Origin: Planctomycetota bacterium
GTDB lineage: Bacteria > Planctomycetota > SZUA-567 > H5-PLA8
Length of the DNA: 64,000 bases
Reading direction: 5' to 3'
NCBI GenBank assembly: GCA_038227875.1
Contig: JBBRPR010000001.1
Coordinates: 32,001-96,000, forward strand
Part shown: positions 27,443 through 37,000 of the stretch, piece after piece
Numbering within the stretch: position 1 is the stretch's first letter
How the letters are laid out: every line of letters starts with the position of its first letter
The notes under the pieces: model-generated
What the model saw: the letters and a program-made list of their open reading frames with translations, nothing else
The model's database searches: none
What the model was told of the DNA's origin: nothing
Program-made: the position numbers and the translations under genes

Positions 27443-28185
27443 GGAACGGCATGGGTCTTCGTACGTTCTGGATTCTCCTTGCTGTCTCCGCACTCGGTGC
27501 TGCCGCGCTGCTCTATCCGCGCACGAAAGCCAACACGCGAGGCCTGGCCGATACCGGAACGGAATTCACTGTCGTCGACATCGTTAAAGATCCCGTGCCA
27601 GAAGTCGCGCCGACGCCGGCCGTGCTGCCGGCTCAACATCAGCAGGCACTGGCGCCCAAGCCGGTGCAGCTCAAGCCGGACAACGGCGGCATGGTGGAGC
27701 AGGAGCGCGATCCGCGACTGGTGCGCATGCCGGACGGTTCACTGATCGTCGATCATTACTTCCGCATCGCCGGCGGAAAAGGGACCGCCGACGAACCGTA
27801 TCAACTGCTGTGGGAACTGCTGCTCTCGGCGCAGCGCAATTTTGAAGGATCCAACGCGGAGAATACGCTGCCGCGGCACGTTCAGTTTCTCGATGGAAAG
27901 TTCGTGGTGCTCAACGGCGTCACGGTGCGTTCGGCGGAGACCGGACCGGCCATGGAATTCGTTCTGACAGATATGCAGATGGATAATTGCCCCGTCTGCA
28001 GAGCGCGTTCGATTTTTGCCACGGTCGCGGTGAAGCTGAAGGCGGCGGAGCGAATGGAGCGCGGTGCGCTGAACACGTACACGATCCGCGGTCAATTCCG
28101 AGCCGCGCCGGCCCGCGACAATGGCTTTCTACTGGGCGTCTATTTTCTCGACGACGGAGAGATAATTTCGCGCACGAGGCAGTGA
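27439..28185 (+). CDS. DUF3299-like exported protein
   Basis: N-terminal TM or signal. LDGKFVVLNG..EFVLT..CPVC segment resembles DUF3299, in the usual position after a LolD/FtsX pair. Start TTG 27439 or ATG 27451. Confidence 0.6.
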   Translation: MRNGMGLRTFWILLAVSALGAAALLYPRTKANTRGLADTGTEFTVVDIVKDPVPEVAPTPAVLPAQHQQALAPKPVQLKPDNGGMVEQERDPRLVRMPDGSLIVDHYFRIAGGKGTADEPYQLLWELLLSAQRNFEGSNAENTLPRHVQFLDGKFVVLNGVTVRSAETGPAMEFVLTDMQMDNCPVCRARSIFATVAVKLKAAERMERGALNTYTIRGQFRAAPARDNGFLLGVYFLDDGEIISRTRQ

Positions 28186-28237
28186 TCGGGAATTCGAATT
28201 TCCTGAACGCACGCGGTTGGATTCGCGCTTGAGATTC

Positions 28238-31069
28238 TCACGGCTTTACCTTCTCCGGAATGTATTGCATCTGCAACCATTCCATCGGCGCGCCGATGCC
28301 ATTTTTGTTCCGGGTCGGTGCGAGGAGTTGCGTGCCCGGCTTCCCCGTGTTGCGGATGACGTTGACGCGCCAGTTCGTTCCGTGTTGTGGTGGCGGGGCG
28401 ATTTGTTTCTCGAGGACGTCAAAGGGGATGACGAGTTCTGCCGTCCAGCCGCCCTCACTCCCCGTTGAGGATTTCGCCAGCCACTGGGGTTTCCAGTCGG
28501 CCCCGGTGACGGTGAGCTTCAACGCATCGAGCACCGCCTTGATTTTCGGATCGGATGGGTCGCCGCCGGGCGCCGTCAGCAGCGCGGTGCTCGCGACACC
28601 AGCGCGCGTAAGGGAAAATTGGTACGCCACCGCGCCGTCGCCGCGCGGATCGATCACGACCGTGATGTTGTCCTCGTCGGCCGCATCCCGGCAGCTCACG
28701 CCGACGTACAGGTGTTTGGCATCCCAGAGAAACCTGGCTTCGCTGCGCGCCGCAGGCTCGAAGCCATTGGGCTTGAGCAGCGGCAGAGTCAGCGCCGCGT
28801 TCCATGACGGTTCATCGAGCAGGCCGTCGGGTGAGAGTTCCGCGACCGGCTGGCGGACCTGCTGCCCGCGAAGGCCGGGTTGATACGTGACCAGTGCGGG
28901 TTGTCCGGTGGGCCGTGAAAAGAGGCCGCGCATCTTGCTGGTAAAGCAGAGTTTGCCGTCGGCAAAAATCGGCGAACGTGAGATCTCGCCCTCTGCCGGA
29001 AGAGTATCGTGCCAGCCGACTTCGCCGGAGCCGGCATCGATCCCGAAGACTTTTCCATCGGCTGTTCCGCCGTAGATGACGGACCCGAGTAGAATCGGCG
29101 ACGCCGTCACCGGACCGCCGGCGGTGGCCGGTGCTTTCCAGAGGGACTGCCCGGTGGCGTGGTCGACGCAGTGAATGTGCCCGGCCTTGTCCCCGAAGAC
29201 GACGCGCTTTTTGTCGACGCACGATCCGCCTTCAATGGAGGCTCCGGCGGCGTAGTGCCACGCCTCTTTGCCGGTGGCCGAATCGACGGCGTAAAAAGTA
29301 CCAGTGCGCGTTCCGACGTAGACATTCTTTCCATCAGTCGTGGGGGGCGCGGAGATCGGACCATCGAGCGGCGTCTCCCAGCGTTGGATGCCCAGCGCCG
29401 CGTCGATGGCGTAAAGACTTTTATCGAGCGAGCCGAAATAAACGCGGCCATCCGCGGCACAGGGGCCACCTTCGATCCAGCCGCGTGCGGGAAAATTCCA
29501 GAGCATGCGCCCGCGGGCGATGTCGATCGCGTAGAGCCTCCGATCGAGCGTGCCGTAGTAAAGCACCCCGCAGTAGACCAACGGAGAACCGACGCATTCG
29601 CCTTCGCTGGTGAAGTTCCAGCGTTCGCTGCCATTCGCCAGTTCGACGGCGTGCATGGCGCCATTTTTGGTGCCGACGAAAAGCAGATTGTCTTCCACCG
29701 CGATGCTGCTGGTCACGCCCCACGGCGCGTCCTGGACATTAAAGGGAAGACCGTAGATCAGTTTTCCTTCCCCCCAGACGCAACTGCTGCAGTGGGTGCG
29801 ATCGTCCTGCGACAGGCTGATCGGCTGAGGGACGGCGATGAACGGCGGGAAGAAGTCGACGTCGGGCATCGTGCCGGCGCGGGTGGCGTATTTTCCTTCC
29901 GTGAGCCAGTTGCGTTCGTACGACTCGGTGTTGACGCGTTCGTACGCAGCGCTGAATTCCTTCAACGTTTGCGGATTGGCGGCGAAGCGCTGTTTCACAA
30001 ACCGGCAGACGGCGCGGGCGCTGGGGAAGCGGTTCTGTGCCAGCCACGCCGCGATGGTGGTGTGGCACGCGGCGACGAAATCTCCGCCAGCCGCCTCCAT
30101 TTCGCCGGGGGCGACTTTCTTCGCCTCATAACTGGCGAACTGGCCGCCGAGATATTCGGGGACCTTCGACGTTCCCCCGGCCAGACCCATGCGGATTTCC
30201 GGATTGCGGCGGTTGGTGTACATCTCGAGGACATGCTTGCCCGCTTTCAGTTCCACCTGACCTGTAAAGCTGGAGCAGAATGGCGACCCGCCGTAGCCCA
30301 ACACGTACCAGCCCTGCACCGCGGCGGTTTTGCGGTCCCCGTCCACGAAGATCACCCCGATGCGGTCGGAGGAGAGCGCGTTGGCGATGAGCAGATCGTA
30401 TTTCCCGGGCGTTTCAATTTCGATTTCCGCGCGAAAAATGTGAAAGTATTGATCCGGTGCGCTGATGGGTTGCGCCGCGTTGACGTAAATTCCGCTGATC
30501 ACATTTTTCGGGGCCTTCTCGTCGAGCGGCGGCGTGGCCTTCGCCTGCTCCATGACGCGCTCGTAGTAGCTCAGTAACTTTTCCTGACTGACCAGTTGCT
30601 TGCCATCCAGCGGGCTGAGCGGATTGTAGCTGACGCAGGTAAAGCCGCCCTTGGGGGCCCAATCCGCGCGGCCTGGAACCGGTACCGAAACGCCGGCGGG
30701 CGGCGGCGGAAGTTTTGGCGACGGGTTTCCAAAGTAGAGAAAATATTTCCCCGCGCCGGGAGCGCCCTCGAAAATCACGCGCACATGAGTGGCGTCGAGC
30801 GCACTGATCAGCGCGCTGACGGCTTCGCCCTGCGGGCCGACGACGCGAACGTCGCGCCCGTCGAACTGGCCAAGACCGCCGTGATCGAGCGTGATGTCGC
30901 CGGCTTCGACCGCTTCGGTCAACGTGACGGGAACCCGAAATAGCCAGCCCGCGGGCCACTCGCCGGCCTTGGGCTTTTCGTCGGCGGCTCGGCACTGCCA
31001 CGGCGTCAGTGACGCGAGGAAAGTCAACAACGCGGCGCTGAGCAGCAAATCAGGGGTGCTTTTCGGCAT
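28238..31069 (-). CDS. Secreted DUF2341-like / PA14-like / PQQ-type (BamB-like) beta-propeller / CBM9-like protein
   Basis: Signal peptide; W.FRVPVTL..DVRVV..YFLYFGNP; repeated GxxDxxLYAIDxxxGxxxW blades; C-terminal DGLLDEPSW..EARFLWDAKHLY..WTAELVIPF..WRVN. Confidence 0.82.
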   Translation of the reverse strand: MPKSTPDLLLSAALLTFLASLTPWQCRAADEKPKAGEWPAGWLFRVPVTLTEAVEAGDITLDHGGLGQFDGRDVRVVGPQGEAVSALISALDATHVRVIFEGAPGAGKYFLYFGNPSPKLPPPPAGVSVPVPGRADWAPKGGFTCVSYNPLSPLDGKQLVSQEKLLSYYERVMEQAKATPPLDEKAPKNVISGIYVNAAQPISAPDQYFHIFRAEIEIETPGKYDLLIANALSSDRIGVIFVDGDRKTAAVQGWYVLGYGGSPFCSSFTGQVELKAGKHVLEMYTNRRNPEIRMGLAGGTSKVPEYLGGQFASYEAKKVAPGEMEAAGGDFVAACHTTIAAWLAQNRFPSARAVCRFVKQRFAANPQTLKEFSAAYERVNTESYERNWLTEGKYATRAGTMPDVDFFPPFIAVPQPISLSQDDRTHCSSCVWGEGKLIYGLPFNVQDAPWGVTSSIAVEDNLLFVGTKNGAMHAVELANGSERWNFTSEGECVGSPLVYCGVLYYGTLDRRLYAIDIARGRMLWNFPARGWIEGGPCAADGRVYFGSLDKSLYAIDAALGIQRWETPLDGPISAPPTTDGKNVYVGTRTGTFYAVDSATGKEAWHYAAGASIEGGSCVDKKRVVFGDKAGHIHCVDHATGQSLWKAPATAGGPVTASPILLGSVIYGGTADGKVFGIDAGSGEVGWHDTLPAEGEISRSPIFADGKLCFTSKMRGLFSRPTGQPALVTYQPGLRGQQVRQPVAELSPDGLLDEPSWNAALTLPLLKPNGFEPAARSEARFLWDAKHLYVGVSCRDAADEDNITVVIDPRGDGAVAYQFSLTRAGVASTALLTAPGGDPSDPKIKAVLDALKLTVTGADWKPQWLAKSSTGSEGGWTAELVIPFDVLEKQIAPPPQHGTNWRVNVIRNTGKPGTQLLAPTRNKNGIGAPMEWLQMQYIPEKVKP

Positions 31070-34000
31070 CGGCCTTCTCTTCTTTGCTGGGGTTCACGGA
31101 TTTTGCAGCACGCTTCAATTCTTCCGGAATCGTTTCGTAAACTTCAATTTCATCGATCGACGAGTAACCGTTGAGCAGGTAGACGCGCAGTTTGTTCGTG
31201 TAGACGGTCTTCGGTAATTTGTAAACGTTGTAGCAACTCTGGTTGCCCTTGCGTTTGACCGCGTTCTGCCAATATCCCTTCTTCGCCTGCCGCGCTTCGG
31301 CTTCCGTGACGCCGCTGCGCGTCTCACGGCTCTCAATGAAAGTGTCGATCGTCAGCGTCTCGACGCGTGCGAGATCGGGATCCTCGGCGATGGCCACGTG
31401 CGTGATGAAATGCTTTTTCGGCAGCGTGATTTCGACATAGCAGGGAACGTGCGCGCTGTTGCTTGAAACTTGCGCCGTATTGTTGCCGCCAAACCATTTT
31501 CCGCCGAGCAGCCCCGGTTCGCGTTCCAGCATGCGGCCGTTGATCAGGCACATCGGTTCGCACCACCAACCGGTCCACTGGTCGGCCGGGACCGGATACA
31601 TTTCCACGCGCGCCGGCGGATTGGTATAGGCGGCATCGCTGTTCATGTTGCGGTAGAGCGCCGGGATGCGGATCAGGTCGTCCGACGGAAATTGAATCGG
31701 CCGCACGACAACCTGCGAGAAGACGTCCTTGTCGCCGAACGATTTCACACTGACATCCACCGTCTCCGCGCGGTCACCGAGTCGCAGGACCGCGCGCTCG
31801 ATGTATTCCTTCTCCTGTGCCTGCCCCGAACGCGCGAGTCGCGAAATTTTCGCCGCCGGCTTGCCATCTGCGGATCTCTCTGTCTCCGTGAATTCCAGCG
31901 ACAGTGAGCAGGCCGGCACGGCGCGGCCATAGTGCCATTCGACGAGGTATGTGCCGAAGGGCGCACCTTGGAATTGCGCGGTCAGAGGCTTGCCGGCGTT
32001 GAAAGTGCCACTCAGCTTCGCGATGTCCTCGCCGAGCGTCACGTTCTGCGCCAGCCGTTCCCACCAGTTTTCGCGCCCAGCGCCTTTTAGAGACGGCAGC
32101 GATTCCAGTTCGGCCCAGCGCTTCTCGATGTCTTCCGGCGGCGCGACGCGTTTGAGGGACTGTGACCAGAGCGCGTGGCCGTCCGGATCCAACAGCATCG
32201 CATCGCCGCGTGTCGTGCCGGCGGCAATGCGGCCGTCTTTCAGCAGCGCTATTTGGGCACCACCATGGAGGTCCGTCTCCCAAAGCTTCTTCAGCGTGTA
32301 GTCGAAGGCGGTGAGATGACCGGTGCTGTCGGAGATGATGATCCGCTGCCGATTTTCGTCGGAGACGAGCGACAGAATCATTGCGTTCATGCAGACGGAA
32401 TGCGCCTCCGTCCAGTCGGGATTGGTGACGCTGAGCGTGTCGCCGATCGTGAAGACGAATTGCCTGCTGCTGAGCAGCGCGTGCTGTGAGAAATTGACCG
32501 AGCCGCCCATAAACGTCGGCATGGTGAAGCGCGGGTAGGCGATTGGTTTCAGATTTCCGTCGAGGAGCACATAGATGGACGTGGGGAGCCCCGTCAATTC
32601 CGCGAGGAAGAACGCGCCCTCATTCAGTGCGGTGAGTTTCTTGAGCTTTGCCTGCTTGTCGGGCGGAAAGTGTGCGAATTCACGGATCACCGCGAGTTCC
32701 ACCGGCGCGCGGCGCTGTTCCTGGCCGGTCAGCGCGTCGCAGAAGATCACGTCATCGGCTTCTTTTCCCGCGATGCCTGGCGCTTTGCCTGTGAGCCGGT
32801 AAATGAGCGTCTTTCCGCCTTCGGCTGTCGCCATGAAGCGCGCGGCGCGCCCGAACAGGATCTCGAAGGTGTTCTCGCACTTTTCCCACTCGTCGAATTG
32901 CCAGAGCGTCTTGAGCTCCATGTCGAGCACGCGCATGGCGGTGCCTTCGTTCAGTACCAGGTAGCGGCCTTGCGGATCGACATAGTCCTGCATGTCACGA
33001 TTTCGTCCGAAGTTCAGGCGCCAGCGGAGCGAGCCATCGGGCTCGCGCAGATACAGGGTGCCATCGGAGAGCACGGCCAGGTGCTGGTTGTCGGGAAACT
33101 GTTCTAGGCCGAGCGTGTTGATGTGGCCGATCTTTTCTTCGAGCAGCGGCTTGCCGGCGGCGTCGAAGACGAACACGTTCTTCGCGTACGCCAGCGTGCC
33201 GAACGCAATGCGGTCACCGGACGGCGAGACGGAAATCGTCTCCACTGGGGATCCGTCCTGATTGGCGAATGGCGCACTATCCGCGGTGGGCGGAACGGCG
33301 GTGTCCTTTTGCGTCGCAGCCAATTTTGCTGGCGCAACCTCCGCCTTTTTCACTTCCGGCGCAGCGAGTTTCGAAAGTTCCGCCAGCGCCGCGCGGATGC
33401 CGGCGTCGTCGGGCCCGAAGGCGCAGAGTACATCGCGGCCGAAGGCAAACGGACTGCGCACGACCGTGAGCATACCGCGCCCCGGGCCGGGGTAGCTGAC
33501 AGTCAGGCTGCGTGCGAGCAACTGGCCTTCCTGCAACTCTTCGATCAATGCATTCTCGCCTTCGCCGCCGAGTAACATGAAATGGTGTTCAATGTACTGC
33601 GCGGGCGGGAGCTCCGACCAGCCCTCCCACAGATGAAGGCGTTCTTCCTTTGCATAGACGTCGGGATTGTCGGTGCGCTTGATTTCGGCCTTGATCCCCA
33701 GTGCCGCGAGCTGTTTCACGGCTTCTTCGGCCAAGGGCAGTTTGGACGCGGCCTGCGTTTCGCTGAGCAGAATCCAGATGCCTTCGCCGTCCTTCTTGCG
33801 GCTTTCAATGAATTCACGGACCAGATCGGCGCGCTGGACGTCGACGACCGGCAGTACTTTCAACGCGGCCGTGAAGGGAAGATTCTGCGGCTTGTCGACC
33901 GAAATGGACGCCTCGACGCGATGGCCGCTCAGCAAGTCGTCGACGCTGATCGTCCATTTTCCCGGAGCGAATCCCAGCGGCAGCGAGACGGCCGAGTCGC

Positions 34001-37000
34001 AGGCGTTCACGGCGGCCGCGTAGAGCGTATCGACGGGTTTGCCAGCGCCATCGAGAATGCTGATACGCAGCGGGATCGAGGCGTTGATGGGGTGGCCTGC
34101 CTTGTCGAGTGGCGTAATTTTAATGAGCGCTTGCGTTCCGAGCGTCGCGGCCTCCGGAGCTTCGAGACGCAGCGCCGCAATCGCTTGCGGCAAGCTGACG
34201 AAAATGCGATACGGCGTGAACGTCAGGTCGCAGGCGACGGACGTGCGGCCGTCTTTCTGCACGGACGTGTCGATCGGCTGCTCCGTGAGCAGATCATAGG
34301 TCGTGTAGTCGCTCTGCAGCCACAGCGTCTCGCGGCGCGGCATGACCGTCTGTTCGTTGGCTTCGCCATCGAAGGAACTGTTGTCCGGATTTCCCGTGAG
34401 GCGCGGCGTGCCCATGAAACTGGGATAGGTCATATTCCACACGAACGTATATCGCGCGTCGCCGGCGCGGTTGGTCTGGACCATGAGGTGGTCGGTCTCC
34501 GGTCTGGCGAACGGCTGCGCTTTCACGGCCGTGAGCGCTTCGCGCAGCTTCGGGATTCTGCTCCGCATCTGACTGAACCACCAGGCGTGTTCGATGTCGA
34601 GCGGATCGCGGCTGCGCGTGTTGACGTCGCCGAGTTCTTCGAAGTCGTCGTCGATTAACTTCGCGCCTGAAGGCACGAGCGTGGAGAGCGAACCGAGCAG
34701 CACGGCATTGCCCTTCGCGGCAAATTTCTCCAGCGCGAGTTTGTGCTGCGGCAGAAGGTAATGCAGCGCGGGTACGATGACGACCTTGAAGCGGTCAAGC
34801 TCACCCTTGTCGATCATCTCTTCGCTCAGCACTTCCGAGTCGTAACCCAGCAGCGCCAGTTGCGTGATGCAGGTGTACGTGCCAGAGACGCCGATGTTCA
34901 TCTTCCATTTCTCATGGTTGATCGCCATGAGTTCGTACATGGTCTGGTGGAACGGATAGAGCACTGCAATCTCGCCCTGCGGCTTGACGTGCTTGAACAT
35001 CGGGCCGTACGTGTGGAGGAAATCGCGGATCTGCTGGTAGTCTTCGGGCAGGTATGTTTTGGCGTGGTCGTCGACTTCGAGCAGAGGTCGTGTGCCGGCG
35101 AAGCCCAAGCCATGGACACCGGCAGCAAGATGTTCAATCACATGCTTTTTGATGTTTCCGTGCATGCCCGTGTAGGTGAAGAGCGTGCCCCAGATTTCAT
35201 CGCCCGTCATCTGCAGAAATTTCGGACGCAGAAACGGTTCGAGAATCAGGCTGTAGCCAAAATCGCTGAAGCCGGTCCAGACCATCAGCGGACCTTGATT
35301 GGCGTTGGCGGTGACGGGGTAAGTGCCGTTGCCGGTGAAGCCCCAGCCGGGACCTTCGTTGACCAGCTTCATGCCGGGAATGATTGGATCAACGGCCTTG
35401 CGCGCCGTGCCGTAGAAATCGCCCATGAGTGAGTTGCATTCGAACTGCCACGCTTCCCACTGTTTGGCCTGATCGGCGAGTGCTTCGGTGACGGGCGTGC
35501 CGTGGAGCAAGGCGTTGATGAACTGCGTACCGGGAGCCATCGTCGGGACGTCGTAGCCGTACTTCGCTTTGAAATTTTTGTTCTGCGCTTCCATGCGCGC
35601 GTGCCGTCCTGGGTCGACGATCTCGGAATTGCCGAGCGGATCAGTATTCGGGTAGACCAACGCGAGGCCGTCGAAATTTTCGAACTTCCGGCCGATCTGC
35701 GCGATGAGCTGAAACTTGCGCATCTCCGAATGAACGTCTTTCACGACGCTGTGCATCAGCGAGATCATGCTTAAGTTGCAGACCGCGCCGTTGACTTCGC
35801 TGATGCCTTCGCGCATCAGCGCTTCGTGGACGCTCTCGAAATGGTTTTGATAGTAGTAGACCTCGTGCGACGGCAGCGCCGGCGCGTGGCGCAGCACCTT
35901 CTCGACTTCCGCCACTTCGCTCGACGAATCGCGGCCCATGTAATCGGAGAGCGGATGGAAGCCGTACCAGTCGAGCAACACGGTATCGAGCTCGCGACCG
36001 AGGATCGAGGCGTTGCGGCGGAAGGCTTCGCGCGATTCGTTCGCGGCGGTGATGCTCGGTGGCACGTTCACCCACTGTTTGCCTGCGTCGACGTTGTAGT
36101 GGCTGAAGCGCCCCGAACCGTATATGGGAAAGCTGCTTTGTGCCCGCGCACGTGCGACGTGAAGCGACCAGGTATTGGACGTCACGGCGCCCAGCGCGGC
36201 CGAGGCGGTGTAATCTCCCGCCGCCAGCGCCGCGGTCGCCTTGCCCTGCACGACGAAGTGGAACGGATGGCAACCGGGTTCAAGCGCCGGAATCTCCTGA
36301 TCGACGAGCGCGAACTCCTCCGCGCCGCGCTTGAGCACCAGATGCAGATGCGAGGCTGGGACCGCCGCGGAACTTTTCACCACGACGCTCAGCGGCAGAT
36401 CCGCGCCATTCAGGAACGCGTGCCGGCCAGTCGGACTGAACACGGAAAGATTCGTGCGCGCCGCCGAATCGATGATGCCCTGAATGAAATCCGCGCGCAG
36501 CGGCGAGGCGGGCGAGCAGTAGCCGCGCTTGTCAATGACGATCCGCAACCAGTACACGTTGCTGGCGACAGCGGGCATGATCGCGTTGTAAATGTCGGCT
36601 TCCGACGTTCCTTCCAGGCGGAGCTGGCGCCATTCCGCGAGATTTGTCGTTTCGTCGGGCGAGCCCCGCAGTATGCCGTCGTCCTGGAGCACCGGCGGCT
36701 GCCAGAGGTACGCGGCGACTTCCGGCGGCGCGAGCGTGCCGTTGTCGAACGCATCGGTAAACTGTGCGCGAATGCGCAGCGGCTTGCCGGTCTCGGATTC
36801 GTAACCAGGCAGCGCGACCTGAAAGATGCGCGGTTCATGGGATTCGGAGGAGGTCGCGTCGACAATGATTTTGCGCCGCGGAAACGCGCCGAAGTCGCCG
36901 TGAAATCTGGCCGAGACGGCGACGCGCGTTCCCGTGCTGATGCTCGCGCCATCGCTGGCACTGTAGGCATAAAACGTCTTGGTCGTTTCCTTCTTGTTCT

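Noticed and set aside
28186..28237. Terminator between the convergent DUF3299-like and PQQ-propeller genes
   Set aside because: Only a weak imperfect hairpin (GGGAATTCGAATTTCC) without a U-tract.
28238..31069. PQQ-dependent dehydrogenase or true BamB
   Set aside because: Only generic propeller blades are present. There is no lipobox or bam context, and extra carbohydrate-binding-like domains are fused.
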